64,000 bases of DNA from Octopus bimaculoides (Eukaryota), in assembly GCF_001194135.2 (NCBI RefSeq), contig NC_068984.1, forward strand, positions 73,603,008-73,667,007, written 5' to 3'. Shown piece after piece: positions 1 to 12,068 of the stretch. Made by a program: the position numbers and the translations under genes. Under the pieces are notes generated by a model that saw nothing but the letters and a program-made list of their open reading frames with translations, did no database searches and was not told the DNA's origin. Within the stretch, counting starts at the first letter, position 1, and every line of letters begins with the position of its first letter.

Positions 1-114
1 AGTACTTATTCTATCAGTCTCTTTTTGCCGAACCGCTAAGTTACGGGGACCTAAACACACCAGCATTGGTTGTCAAGCGATGTTGGGGGGGACAAACACA
101 GATACCCAACATAT

Positions 115-153
<39 letters not shown>

Positions 154-317
154 CGACGGGCTTCTTTCAGTTTCCATCTACTAAATCCACTCACAAGGCT
201 TTGGTCGGCCCGAGGCTATAGTAGAAGACACTTGCCCAAGGTGCCACGCAGTGGGACTGAACCCGGAACCATGTGGTTGGTAAGCAAGCTACTTACCACA
301 CAGCCACTCCTGCGCCT
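1..317 (-). mobile_element. SINE family B (tRNA-like head + CORE-like domain + internal microsatellite), cut by window edge
   Basis: Minus strand reads GGAGTGGCTGTGTGGTAAG..GGTTCAGTCCC (pol III A/B-box-like), then CCTTGGGCAAGTGTCTTCTACTATAGCC (CORE-like), then (TA)n. Matches many copies in the window. Confidence 0.85.
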
Positions 318-939
318 ATACGTAGGTGTGTGTATATGTGTATATGCATGTGTGTATACATGTGCATCCACGCACGTGTTTGTACGCATGTATATGCGCG
401 CACGCACACACATATGTAAACATTCACTAGACTACGATGTTTCATTTACTTTCAATGTTATTAACATTTTCGCTACATATTAATATGTCATTGGGTTCCC
501 TCATATGATGTACTACCTTAGTTCCCTCCCTTCCTCCCCCTTTTTTGACTCAACAATTAGCTCTCTCTAATTTAACAGAACCACAATATACTTATCTCCC
601 CATATTCAAATAACTCTTTGGTTTTAACCTTTAGCATCACATCAAAAACACCCTCCCTTTATATCTCTATGTAAACTAGCGTTCTTATTCCTAAAGCCCA
701 TGAAATAATATCGTTGACCCCTTTATATCTCTATGTAAACAAACCTTCTAATGGTCACTGACAATGTAACATCTCTGCTCGTAAGTTACCCAATCATTTC
801 GTTTTTGTCTTACTATTACATGTTTTATTATGAACCCTCTGAAGAGAAATAAATGAGGAACCCAAACAGCTCTTTCTTCTTTGTGAAAGAACTATCATTC
901 ATTTCGAAACATACATTTATTATTATCCATATATATATA

Positions 940-1396
940 TATATATGACAGAGGCAATGACAGGAGACTGAGACCTTGGAGATATGCTGTAATTGAGAAG
1001 ACCTGGCAACTAAAGTGAGATTGCAGCCATGCATGTCCAGCCCAGTTATGAGAACCCGTGATGCATCAAGCGATATGATATGCTTGAGAAGACCTGTTGA
1101 GTCAAATAAAACCAGTATCGTAGCTGTGGCCAGTGCCCCCTGACAGACTCCCATGCCAGTGGCACATAAAAAGCACTATCCGAATGTGATTGATGCCAGG
1201 CTTGCCTGACTGGCTCCTGTGACGGTGGCACGTAAAAAGCACTCACTACACTCTCAGTGGTTGGCATTAGGAAGGGCATCCAGCTGTAGAAACCTTGCCA
1301 GATCAGATTGGAGCCTGGTGCAGCTGCTGGCTCTCCAGATCTCAGTCAAAACCGTCCAACCCATGCCAGCATGGAAAACGGACGTTGAACAATGAT
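940..1396 (+). mobile_element. Family D: RTE-LINE 3' end
   Basis: Starts with an ORF-end-like GAGACCTTGG..ATATGCTG..TTGAGAAGACC, then GGTTGGCATTAGGAAGGGCATCCAGCTGTAGAAAC and an (ATG)n tail. Same 3' sequence as the copy attached to RTE coding at 22790-23357. Confidence 0.75.
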
Positions 1397-1962
1397 GATA
1401 ATGACAGGCTTCTTTCAGTTTGCATATATTAAATCTACTAATATGGCTTTAGTTGACCTGTAGCTCTAGTAGAAAACTCCTGTCTAATTAGCCATGCAGT
1501 GGGACTGAACCCAAATCCACGTGGTTGGGAAGCAATATTCTTAAAAAAGCCTACATTTGTTAATAGGCACACATACAAGCATATATATCTATTAATCTAT
1601 CTATCTCTGCATGTTTGTGACCTCTTGTCTTGTCAACTATCACTGTCTTATAAGCTGTGTCATTCATTACCAAACTTCTGTAGAAACATATGCGGCCACA
1701 GGTATTACCTTGCTTCAAAATAGGTGAAGGTTGGCAACAGCAAAGGCATTCAGCTGCTGAAAATCTGCCTCAATGACATCCATCTGACCCACACAATATG
1801 TATCAGTACACATTGAGATGATGAGGAGGAGGAGGACAACAACACACTGTACCTGCATGTATTTGCACATGTGTGTCTGAGTGAATGCTAATATTGTACA
1901 TTTTGTATTAAAAATACCATTATTTGCTATATTCTGTGTTTCTTTTGTTGCTCTCCCTCCAG

Positions 1963-2099
1963 GTCCATTCACTACACCATCAATAACTGCTACACCAGTT
2001 GCATTTGTGTTCAAGCAGAGGTGGTGAATGTGAATCTAGAAATACTCACTAGTTCAGTGACAGTGCTTAATCCAATCCCTTCCATGCCACCAGAGTCAG
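1963..2099 (+). CDS. CFAP47: CFAP47 internal exon (1st in window)
   Basis: Polypyrimidine-AG at 1961-62 and GT at 2100. Peptide SIHYTINNCYTSCICVQAEVVNVNLEILTSSVTVLNPIPSMPPES resembles CFAP47 SFQYTVN..HTGHVLVMAKVVPVALEL. Ends in phase 1, matching the next exon. Confidence 0.82.
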
Positions 2100-2751
2100 G
2101 TATGTTGGATTCTAATTATAAATGTCTTTTATCTTTTATCCATTAACTGTTTCAGTTATTAGACTGTGGCCATGCTGGGGCACTACCTTGAAGGGTTTAC
2201 TCAAACAAATCAACACCAGTACTTGTGTTTTTTTTGGAGGGGAGGTGGAGTTCATTTTCAAAACTGGTATTCATTCTATTGCTTTCTTTTGCAAAGCTGC
2301 TCAGTTATGAGGACATAAACAAACCAACACCAGTTGTTACACAGTAGTGGGGAACAAACACAAACACAAAGACACACATATCTGTCGACCACAAATACTT
2401 CCCTCCACCCCTACCCTCCATACTATCCTTTTCAAATACCACTTCCCATTCCTATCTTGTTGACTCGGCCAAAATGGCTGTATTGAAAATCACCTGTGAA
2501 ATGACCTTTGCTTAAATTCTTTACTTGTAACTTTCCCACTCCCTTATATTCTTTTTAATTTTGTTTTTCTTTTATTCCTAATTTCTTTTCACAATTATGT
2601 TCTCCTCTCAAACCGTGTTCTCTATGCATCCTGATCAAATCTTCTGTTGTGTGTTAATATGTGCCTCCTAACAACAATGTAAACTTCATTTAATCAAGAT
2701 ACTCATGGCCCGGAGAGTAGCCTGCATATACACCTCACTTGGATATTTACT

Positions 2752-3101
2752 GTGGAGGCGCAATGGTCCAGTGGTTAGGGCAGCGGACTCGCGGTCATAG
2801 GTTCGCGGTTTCGATTCCCAGACCGGGCGTTGTGTGTGTTTATTGAGCGAAAACACCTAAAGCTCCATGAGGCTCCGGTAGGAGATGGTGGCGAACCCTG
2901 CTGTACTCTTTCACCACAACTTTCTCTCACTCTAACTTCCTATTTCTGTTGTGCCTGTAATTCAAAGGGTCAGCCTTGTCACACTGTGTCACGCTGAATA
3001 TCCCCGTGAACTGCGTTAAGGGTACACGTGTCTGTGGAGTGCTCAGCCACTTGCATGTTAATTTCACGAGTAGGCTGTTCCGTTGATCGGATCAACTGGA
3101 A
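2752..3101 (+). mobile_element. SINE family A (tRNA-Arg(TCG)-like head), 3' end lost in gap
   Basis: A box TGGTCCAGTGG, anticodon-like CTCGCGG and B box GGTTTCGATTCC. Body is highly similar to 6880-7260 and 30970-31354. Confidence 0.88.
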
Positions 3102-3179
3102 NNNNNNNNNNTACCATTTCCAAGGTTCCACTCATTACAAAACATGTAGCCCAGATTTTATCTACTCCATTCCTTAACT

Positions 3180-3224
<45 letters not shown>

Positions 3225-4026
3225 CCAGCTTCTTTCAGTTTCCATCTACCAAATACACTCACAAAGCTTTGGTAGGCTCAAGACTGTATTAGAAGTCACT
3301 TGCCAAAGGTAACATGTAGTAGGACTGAACCCAGAACTTTCTCTCACCACCCAAAAGTTGCTGGCCTTGTGCCAAAATTTGTTTATATATATATATATAT
3401 ATATATTATAGGAGATGAAAACAGCATGATAAAAACTGAGTGTACTCTCATGGTAAATGTAACTGGTTTGTGTGATCTTTTGCTTCAGGCGTTCAAGGTT
3501 GTCATTGCTTTGACAGAGCTGTTTGAGGATCAGGTAAAATACTTTGCAGTATTTCTTGCAGCTCTTTAATGTTTTGAGTTCAAGTCTTTCTGAGATAAAA
3601 TTTATCTTTCAAGCCTTGGGCCAAAAAAAGTAAGTTGTTTTGGATTTAAAAGAATAAGTAGTAATCAAATACTGTATTTAATAATATCCTCAGTGTCTGC
3701 CACCAAAGTTTGTAGCTTTGTGCTTATGTTAGAAACCAATATTATATTTAATTTTTGATTTCTGAAAACAGACAAATTAAAAAATATTAATTAAAAGAAA
3801 ATTATATAATTAAACTGTTTAAAAAGATTATTTTATTTTTCACTTTCTGCATCTTCCTTTTCGCAGACTGTAATTTTCACAAACATCTCAGTCAGTCTGA
3901 AATTTCAAACTTGCTGAAAGAATGGCTTTGTGGTGACAGCACAGATTGCATCAGAGGCAATAGTGAGAAAATATGGATTGAGATTTCCTATGCATGAACT
4001 AAATATTTCCTTTCTGTTCTTTTCAG

Positions 4027-4137
4027 CATTTTCAGAAGTAATTACTCTCTCCAATACACTGAATTATCCAGCAGAATTTTGTTGGAGAAACTCTATGACA
4101 GACAGCGGGCATGCTTTTATTATACGTCCTTCACAAG
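4027..4137 (+). CDS. CFAP47: CFAP47 exon 2 in window
   Basis: ttttcAG/..caag/GTagt. Peptide AFSEVITLSNTLNYPAEFCWRNSMTDSGHAFIIRPSQG resembles CFAP47 VRLYNRQNCCAQFQW..GIAFSICPAKG. Phase 1 to 1. Confidence 0.88.
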
Positions 4138-5360
4138 GTAGTGTTTTTTTAATCCATCCGGCTAGTGATCTTACCATTAAGTTTAGTATAATGTTAGTTT
4201 TAAAGTGTGTGTGTCTGCATGTCCCTAGAATACTTACCAGAAACCAAAGCCCATATTACTAATTGGAAACTTTATACTTACAAACATATTTCAACTACCA
4301 GTTATGTATCTCTCTCTCCTTCACTACACACACACACGCATATATATGTATTGTGATTTCACTTAGGCATAGCAATATTAATAACCAGTAATCATAACTG
4401 AATGTACATGTGCTTTACAATAAAGTGTTAGGCAATTACAGAGTGTAATATTAATTATTGAATGACAAGGGAACAGGAATTGTGTGATTCCTTATCATTC
4501 AGTAATTAATATATGTTTGTATGTACATATGTTTGTGTAAAAGGAATGCTGGAAAGAAATTGCATCTCGCATTCAAAAAGCAGCAAAGTCTTTTAGTTCT
4601 TTTAGGACTCGTGTAGTTACATGCCAGTACAAAAAATTTGGCTTGTCATGCATTTGCACTATCTACCCTTCTTTATTCAGTAGGGACATGGACTGGTTAT
4701 AACAAGCACTTAGTCCTTAGAATGCTTTCACCAAAAATGTCTTCATCAAATTCTCAGGATTAGCTGGGAATTGTTTACACCAGATAAAGAGGTTTTAGAA
4801 AAAGCAAGAATCTCATCACTTCATACTATGCTGGTTTCCAATCATTTGAGGTGGACAAGCCATTTAATATGGGGAATGAGTGCATTAGTAAGCAGGGATT
4901 TGTTTGTGTTTTTTTTTATGGTGAAAACAGGTATCAATACTTACTAAAAACCAATCTTGGTGAGTTGAATATACCATACAAAGATGTTAAATCTATTGCT
5001 CCTGATAGAAATAAATAGCAAAAGAAGATTTGATCTGGGGTAAAAGATTTTGAAAAGAAAACTACAGAAAAATAATTCCTGATTAAAAACATAGAAATAG
5101 TGTCATCCTTCAGTTGCTCAATGTGTGGTAAGACTTACCTTTCTAAGGCTGGCTTAACTTTACATCTCAGAACTCACCTTTGTACAGTTGGTCCAAATGA
5201 CATAAAGATTATTCCAGCAGACAAAATTGCTTGCTACAATCTGGCTGCAGTCTCACCACACTTCCCTTTATAATGCCACTCCCTTCCACCCTGTTGGGTC
5301 TTTCCTTGTTTGGATGAGCTGGTATTTCCAGGAGCTCCAATCCAGTCCTAGAGTTACTTC

Positions 5361-5399
<39 letters not shown>

Positions 5400-5674
5400 C
5401 TTTTTTTTATTTTTATCCTTTTTTTTTATTATTCTGTCTTTTACTTCTGTCAGTCAGTAGACTGTGGCCATGCTGGGGCACCACCTTGAAGAAATTTTAA
5501 TCGAATATATTGATCCGAGTATTTATTTTGTTATAAGCATAGTACTTATTCTATCAGTCTCTTTTGCCGAACCTCTAAGTTACAGGGACATAAACATAAC
5601 AGCACCAGTTGTCAAGAGGTGGTGGTGGTGGTGGTAGGGAGACAAACACCAACACAAAGACACACAGATATCAT

Positions 5675-5905
5675 CATGGTCGTTTAACGTCCACTTTCCA
5701 TGCTAGCATGGGTTGGACGATTTGACTGAGGACTGGTGGGCCAGGAGGCGACACCAGGCTCCAATCTGATTTGGCAGAGTTTCTACAGCTGGATGCCCTT
5801 CCTAACGCCAACCACTCCGAGAGTGTAGTGGGTGCTTTTACGTGCCACTGGCACGAGGGCCAGTCAGGTGGGTACTGGCAACGGCCATGCCAGCCGTTGC
5901 CAGTA
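5675..5905 (-). mobile_element. Family D (RTE 3' UTR) short copy
   Basis: CATCATGGTCGTTTAACGTCC..GGATGCCCTTCCTAACGCCAACCACTCCG on plus; matches the other D copies. Confidence 0.75.
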
Positions 5906-6340
5906 CAGATATATATATATATATATATATATTTACAACAAGTTTCTTTCAGTTTCCAATTACCAAATCCACTCACAAGGCTTTGGTCAGCCCAAGGCTA
6001 TAGTAGAAGATAGTTACCTAAAGTGCCATGCAGTGAGACTGAACCCAAAACCACATAGTTGGGAAGCAAGCTTCTTATCACACAGCCATTCCTACGCCTG
6101 TATATATATATATTTCTCTCTTTGTCCATCTCAAATCATCTGTGGTGTGAGCCAGAGAGGGATGGACATTGCCCAAGATTAAGGTGCCGAAGACCCCATA
6201 TGTCATGACAGTCCCCCCCACCACCACCACCACCACTGATTCCTTTAGAAGTGGCGGTGGGGCTCAAGACAAGGCAATACATCTTACAAAATAATTTATA
6301 CTCATTTTTTGAATTGCACTCCCTCAACATTCATTTACAG

Positions 6341-6471
6341 GTGTTGTTGACGAATTCAAAGACTTGGATTGTGAAGTGACATGGCTACCCAGTTATAACT
6401 CTCCTGACATTGGCTTGTTTACTCTTGATGTCAATGGAGGTCAATCAATCCTATTGGAATGCAAAGCTCAA
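6341..6471 (+). CDS. CFAP47: CFAP47 exon 3 in window
   Basis: ttacAG/..caa/GTaagt. Peptide GVVDEFKDLDCEVTWLPSYNSPDIGLFTLDVNGGQSILLECKAQ resembles CFAP47 GTVEAYSSLECEVTWQQGFSSPEEGEFILHV. Phase 1 to 0. Confidence 0.92.
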
Positions 6472-6879
6472 GTAAGTGGTCAGTTTATTAAATTATTTCT
6501 GAGTGCTGGAGCTAGGGCTGGGGATATTTCGCTGTCTAAGCTGACAGTTCACCAGCAACAACCAGACTAGCTGAAGGGTCAGCAGTTCATGTCTCTTCAC
6601 AGGTACTGTTGTGTTGTACTCATGGTCTTTGCTCCAGACACTGCACTGTCTGAAGTTATTTTTTGTCTTTCCTCCTTTTTATGGTTGATAAAATAAAGCA
6701 CTAAGGTTTGCTGTAGTCAACAGACACCCATGCTTCCAGAATATCTGCTCATATGCCTAAATTCAAAACAAGTATTGCTATTATTAGAAGTATATAGTGA
6801 ATGAGCTGCATAACTCTGTGGTTGTCCCTTACTTTGGGGATCTTTCCTTGCTGTTATTTTGTTTCATATAGTTATTACT

Positions 6880-7260
6880 GTGGAGGCACAATGACCCAAT
6901 GGTTAGGGCAGTGGACTCGCGGTCGTAGGATCACGGTTTCGATTCCCAGACCGGGCGTTGTGAGTATTTATTGAGCAAAAACACCTAAAGCTCCACAAGG
7001 CTCCGGCAGGGGGTGGTGGCGAACCCTGCTGTACACTTTCACCACCACTTTCTTTCACTCTTACTTCTTGTTTCTGTTGTGCCAGTAATTCAAAGGGCCA
7101 GCCTTGTCACACTATGTCACGCTGAATATCCCCGAGAACTACGTTAAGGGCACACGTGTCTGTGGAGTGCTCAGCCACTTGCGCGTTAATTTCACGAGCA
7201 GGCTGTTCCGTTGATCGGATCAACTGGAACCCTCGTCATCGTAAGCGACGGAGTGCCAAC
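6880..7260 (+). mobile_element. Full-length SINE family A with 12-bp TSD
   Basis: ATAGTTATTACT at 6868-6879 and 7261-7272. tRNA-like head; 3' tail CGTCATCGTAAGCGACGGAGTGCCAAC. Confidence 0.92.
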
Positions 7261-7617
7261 ATAGTTATTACTATTTATTATTATCTATTTATTTATGTAT
7301 CATTATATTGCTCATATGTATTGCTCATCTTTCTATTGGATGTAAATCCATCCCCATCTTTGTTTTTTGTTTCTAATTTTCTGGGCTTCTTTTTTTGCCT
7401 TTGTACTGTTTCTAATGTATTTGACACTTGCAACTATAAAGCAAATTATTATAAACACTATCATTTCTTTAGTTTCATATACAGATATCACTACATAATT
7501 ATCATTATACGACAAGTGTTTGTCCTGGTGGCAAATAAAAGAAATCATTATTATTATTATGATGACGACGACTACTACTACTACCACCACCACCACCACC
7601 ACCACTACTACTACTGC

Positions 7618-7830
7618 AGTAAGCTGGCAAAATCGTTTGCATGCTGGGTGAAATGCTGGGTGATATTTCGTCCATCTTTACATTCTGAGTTCAAATGTCA
7701 CCAAGGTCAACATTGCCTTTCATCCTTTCGGAGTCAATAAATTAAACAGTAGTGAAACATTGAGAATCGATGTAATCAACTGGTCTCTTCCTACCAAATT
7801 TCAGGCTTTGTGCCATTAGGAGAAAAGATT
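7618..7830 (+). mobile_element. SINE family C (tRNA-like head + TTGCCTTTCATCCTTTCGG central domain)
   Basis: AGCTGGCAAAATCGTT..GAGTTCAAAT..GCCTTTCATCCTTTCGG..AAATTTCAGGCTTTGTGCC. About 20 related copies in the window (for example 17395-17600, 19045-19245, 27268-27490, 57260-57470, 57705-57895). Confidence 0.8.
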
Positions 7831-7849
7831 ACTGCTACTACTACTATAA

Positions 7850-7952
7850 CTACAATGATGATGATGATGGTGATGGTGGGGGTGGGGGTGGGGGTTGACG
7901 ACGACGACGATGATGATGGTGGTGATGATGATGATGATGATGATGGTGGTGG

Positions 7953-8000
<48 letters not shown>

Positions 8001-8011
8001 CGATAATGATG

Positions 8012-8086
<75 letters not shown>
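7850..8086 (+). repeat. (ATG)n/(GAT)n trinucleotide microsatellite
   Basis: Directly visible; gives rise to the poly-D/poly-M/poly-I ORFs in the track. Confidence 0.97.
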
Positions 8087-8088
<2 letters not shown>

Positions 8089-8346
8089 AGGTGGTGAGCA
8101 GCCAGAATCATCAGAGCATTGGAAATATGCCATGCTGGTATTTGTTCTGGCTTTTTAAAATGTTCTGAACTCAAATCCCACAAAAATCAACTTTGTCTTT
8201 CATCCTTCCTCTTTTGTTAAAATATGATATCAATCAAGTACTAGGGTTGATGGTATTGACTAACCCCCCCCCTCAAAACTGCTGACCTTGTGCCTAAATT
8301 AGGAAAATTACTATTATTTAATTCTTAATGCTATTTGTCTATGCAG

Positions 8347-8469
8347 ATTGGTTTGACTGCTGTACAGTTTTCTGAACGCCGGATCACATTCCTGAATGCT
8401 CCAGTGAACCTCACCACGAAACAAGTGGCCACTTTAATTAACACAAGCGTCAACCATGCTTATTTTAAG
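8347..8469 (+). CDS. CFAP47: CFAP47 exon 4 in window
   Basis: tgcAG/..aag/GTtat. Peptide IGLTAVQFSERRITFLNAPVNLTTKQVATLINTSVNHAYFK carries the CFAP47 NHAYFK motif. 123 nt, phase 0 to 0. Confidence 0.92.
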
Positions 8470-8771
8470 GTTATCATTTTTTATCTCTTTCTTTGATAAT
8501 CTTTTAATTGTAATGAAGTGATTTCATGCCATATGGAGTTTCTACTTTATTTCTATCATTGTTGTTATTAATGTTGTTTAGCCTTTCATTTGCCTTGGTT
8601 TATGCAGATCTATAGTCAAAGGTATTCTAGCCTTTAAAATCATAACTAAGCTAAGCTTTAACTTATTTAATATATGGAGAATAAAAATAAGTATGAAGTA
8701 AAATAAAAAAGAACAATATTAATTTTTAATTAAAATTGTTTTGAGTCTTTAAGCAATATAAATGGTTGTAG

Positions 8772-8804
<33 letters not shown>

Positions 8805-9224
8805 TACAAAAGAAAGAGAGGAAATGTGAGAAAATTTACTAAAGTTATTTTGAGTCTTTCAGCAATATAATTGGTTGTGGTGTGTTAAGAGAGGGGTAGA
8901 GGGAGAGAAAGAAAGAAAAAAAATCGATTAAAATTATTTTATGTTTCTCGGCAATATTATTTTCAAAAATTTCCTCCACCTGCTTCTCTCTCTTTCTCTC
9001 TTGCTTTCTCATTATTTTTTAAATTTTTATTCCTTCTTTTTACTACTACTTCTCTCCAGCCTAGCAAAATACTTTTCCTCCACCCTAGGAAAAAGAAAAA
9101 CCGCACCAAAATTACACGAAGTAGTCATGTAGAATTGCAGTTCACTGCATCTCTTCCAGTCCTTCTCATCACATCTCAGCTCTGCTTCTGCATGTACAAT
9201 GATTCTCACTTATATCAATTGCAG

Positions 9225-9434
9225 ATCATTGATCAGAACCCAGTGACCGGTATGTACATCAACCCAGCAACTGGTATTGTGCCTGCTGGAGGAGAAGTTG
9301 AACTCAGGTTGTCATTTACCCCAACATCTCTGGTCAAGTTTGATTTCAACCTTGAGGTGGACATCCGAGGATGGAAGGTCATATCAGTGCGCGTTGGTGG
9401 ATTTGTGAACAACCCATGTGTTGAAATTGATGTT
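9225..9434 (+). CDS. CFAP47: CFAP47 exon 5 in window (ASH/Ig-like domain)
   Basis: tgcAG/..gtt/GTaagt. Peptide IIDQNPVTGMYINPATGIVPAGGEVELRLSFTPTSLVKFDFNLEVDIRGWKVISVRVGGFVNNPCVEIDV. 210 nt, phase 0 to 0. Confidence 0.93.
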
Positions 9435-9779
9435 GTAAGTAAAAATAAAAACAAGAAGCACATATGTATCTAAGGTGATAAATTGAGTCAAACATTGTGG
9501 TTAAAGATCAATGCAAGTTTTCCTAATTTTAAAACAACTTGGATTTTTACACACCTAGCACCAAAGACCTCTTCTACAAAGCCCCTATAACACTCATATC
9601 TAAGGGACAAGCATTAAGTTAGCCATGCAAATAACTATAGCAATCTCTGGACATTTATTCTTAGTTAGCAACAACAAATGTTGGATGAAAAAAATCATAG
9701 AGAAGCATTTGCTAATGTTCATGGAGAGCCTCAACTAGACTGAGATGTGTTAATTTATTAGCCTATTTCTCCTGAATGA

Positions 9780-10500
9780 ATTTAAAACAGATTGGCAACA
9801 ATACTGCTGTTGGAATATAAAGGGATGGTGGATTAATACTTTCTAAGTACTGATGTTGACAGCCAGCTGACATGCTCAAGAATAAATCATAACCACCTTC
9901 CAAATGGTTAGCTTGAATGTAACAACTGAAGCAAAGCAACCTAGCAAGCCAGCTTCCTAAATGCAACAATGAACCTTTCCTCAGATTTCTATGAATCCTA
10001 TATAAAACCTAACAACTAAACTCTATTTACACCTTTTGATTCCAGCCATCCACAAAATATTATTTGACAAGTGCTATAGTAAAAAATAAATGCATATAAG
10101 GTCTTACCTCTGATGAAGCAACACATGACAGCGATGGAGTTAAGTACATAGATACTCAAAAAACACAATAACACATAGTTCTTCCAATATAAACAACAAA
10201 AGCCCTCCACCAAAGTCAGAAATATAAACTTGTGTCTATTGTTTAGCAAGACCATTGTAACCTGCACTCTCAAAGAATTTATCAGCTCAGTCAACAAACA
10301 CATCTAACAAAAACAATTTCATAAATTATTCATCAAGGACAACAAAAAAAAAAAACAATTATTTTTATTAGGAAAATCACTTCATTGCATAACCACAAAT
10401 TTCTTCAAAACAATACACTTTTCAAAGGACTACATCACATTTCTTTTGGATAACTAGTGCATGATTAATTGCAGCGTATATTAAACTGCTATAACTAAAT
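9780..10500 (+). mobile_element. Decayed Penelope-like element (RT/thumb region)
   Basis: Broken translation VGI*RDGGL...SFLNATMNL..YIKPNN..DSSHPQNII...RNINLCLLFSKTI..FISSVNKH..FHKLF matches the PLE pattern GLYRDDGL / FLDVTFNL / YRKPNN / SNHP / RNIIWFNPPFS / KHF..LHKIF. Many stops and frameshifts. Confidence 0.65.
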
Positions 10501-11419
10501 AAAATAGCAAAATATTATCTTACATTACCTTAAGAGAAAACTTATTTAAGTTTTCTTGGTAATAAAGAAATACGAAAACTTATTTGAGACACAAATATAC
10601 TAATATATGAGCTCTGTCACACTCTATCACAAACAAAATACTGCATCACTTTTGAAATGCATCTAGAAAAAGATGGATAGAGATAAACCACACTATGTCA
10701 TGCTGACATAGTGTGGTTTATCTTGGATAGAGCCATGCCATATAATAACTCAATCTATGTTTGGCTGAGCGATGTCATATAAATAATCATACTAAACCAA
10801 TTATGGATTGAAAGGCAGAGCTAATCTTGACTTAGAGATACAGCACAAAATTTTTGTTATCTCGTTTTGGATGAAAGTCAGAGCACAGGTGTTATCACAC
10901 ACAATGTGGCAAGCCAACATCATGTCCTTTGCTTCAAGAACTAGAACAAGAGTTTGCTGAAAAATCACTGCATCCAAATTCTTTATATTAACTTGAAACT
11001 ATGGTACAGACTAGCTACAAGCAGTGTGTGTGTGTGTGTGTGTGTGTATATGGATGCATAGTTTTAACTAATAATCTGTTCCACTCTATGCCAGAACTCA
11101 CTACAAATGTGAAATTGAAACAATAGAATATAAAGGAACTAATGATGGTCTTCCTTGACAAAGAATAAATACTGAAAAGGAAAATTCAAGAGGAATGAAA
11201 TAGAGGAGAATTTTATAGTTTTGCTCTGAACTCTTCATCAGAAAGAGATATAATGTTGACTAAAATTGTTGAATAAACAGATTCAATTTGTAAATGTATG
11301 GCATCTACAAATATGGCTGTCCAGCTGCTATAAAACAAGAGAGTAACCCAAAGACTCTATGTGTGTGTGTGTGTGCGTGCACATATGTGTGTTTGTGTAT
11401 GCATGTAATTATAAATATC

Positions 11420-11917
11420 GGATCTATTTTAAAACCGGGGCCACATTTTTCATTAATGTTTTACGTAGTGTTTTTGGTACGGAAAGACTTTCAAACTTCG
11501 TATACTTATCTATTTTGTGTTATAGAACAGAAAAATATTTTTGTATTCGAATTTATTTCATGTAAAAAATTGTCTTATTTCGATAATTTCAACCAATCAC
11601 TGACAAGTATTCAGTTGTTTATATTTACTCCTTTGGCTGATTAAGCAATGTAAAGCGTATTTNNNNNNNNNNTTAATTGTTTCAGAATCGTTTGTTTATG
11701 TAGTCGGCACTTAATGTATATCGGCTGAATGGACGTCAGTGATTTGTTGAAATTACAGAAATACGACAACTTTAACATGGAATAACTTATGGATTTCTTT
11801 TTTTTTTTAAGAAGACTAAGAGAAAAAGATGTTTTATATGACACATTCTACCAGTGTTCCAAGTTTCAAAGTGTTTCGTTAATGAAAAATGTGGCCCCCG
11901 TTTTAAAAAAAGATCCC
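11420..11917. mobile_element. MITE with ~37-bp imperfect TIRs and internal inverted segments
   Basis: GGATCTATTTTAAAACCGGGGCCACATTTTTCATTAA (11420-11456) versus TTAATGAAAAATGTGGCCCCCGTTTTAAAAAAAGATCC (11879-11916). Internal AATCACTGAC/GTCAGTGATT pair. Contains a small gap. Confidence 0.8.
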
Positions 11918-11999
11918 AAATATCTATAAATGATATGTGTTATACTAATTATGAAATAAATTACAAATTCTTTTCTCTCTTTTTTTTTAATTTTTAAAG

Positions 12000-12068
12000 C
12001 CCGATTTCATATTTGGTGGTGTCTATTGTGGCTCAATGGCCATTATTCCTTTCAATATCATCAACAAG
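12000..12068 (+). CDS. CFAP47: CFAP47 exon 6 in window
   Basis: tttaaAG/..aag/GTaaa. Peptide PDFIFGGVYCGSMAIIPFNIINK resembles CFAP47 PDVFNFSGAYIGGTQIIPFVIKNK. 69 nt. Confidence 0.88.

Noticed and set aside
2752-2830. tRNA-Arg(TCG)-like sequence (also 6880-6958, 30970-31048)
   Set aside because: It continues into a shared 300-bp body with TSDs and has a poor acceptor stem, so it is a SINE head rather than a tRNA gene.
7791-8183. Poly-D/poly-S/poly-M/poly-I ORFs (also 14373-14768, 50133-50585)
   Set aside because: Translations of (ATG)n microsatellites.
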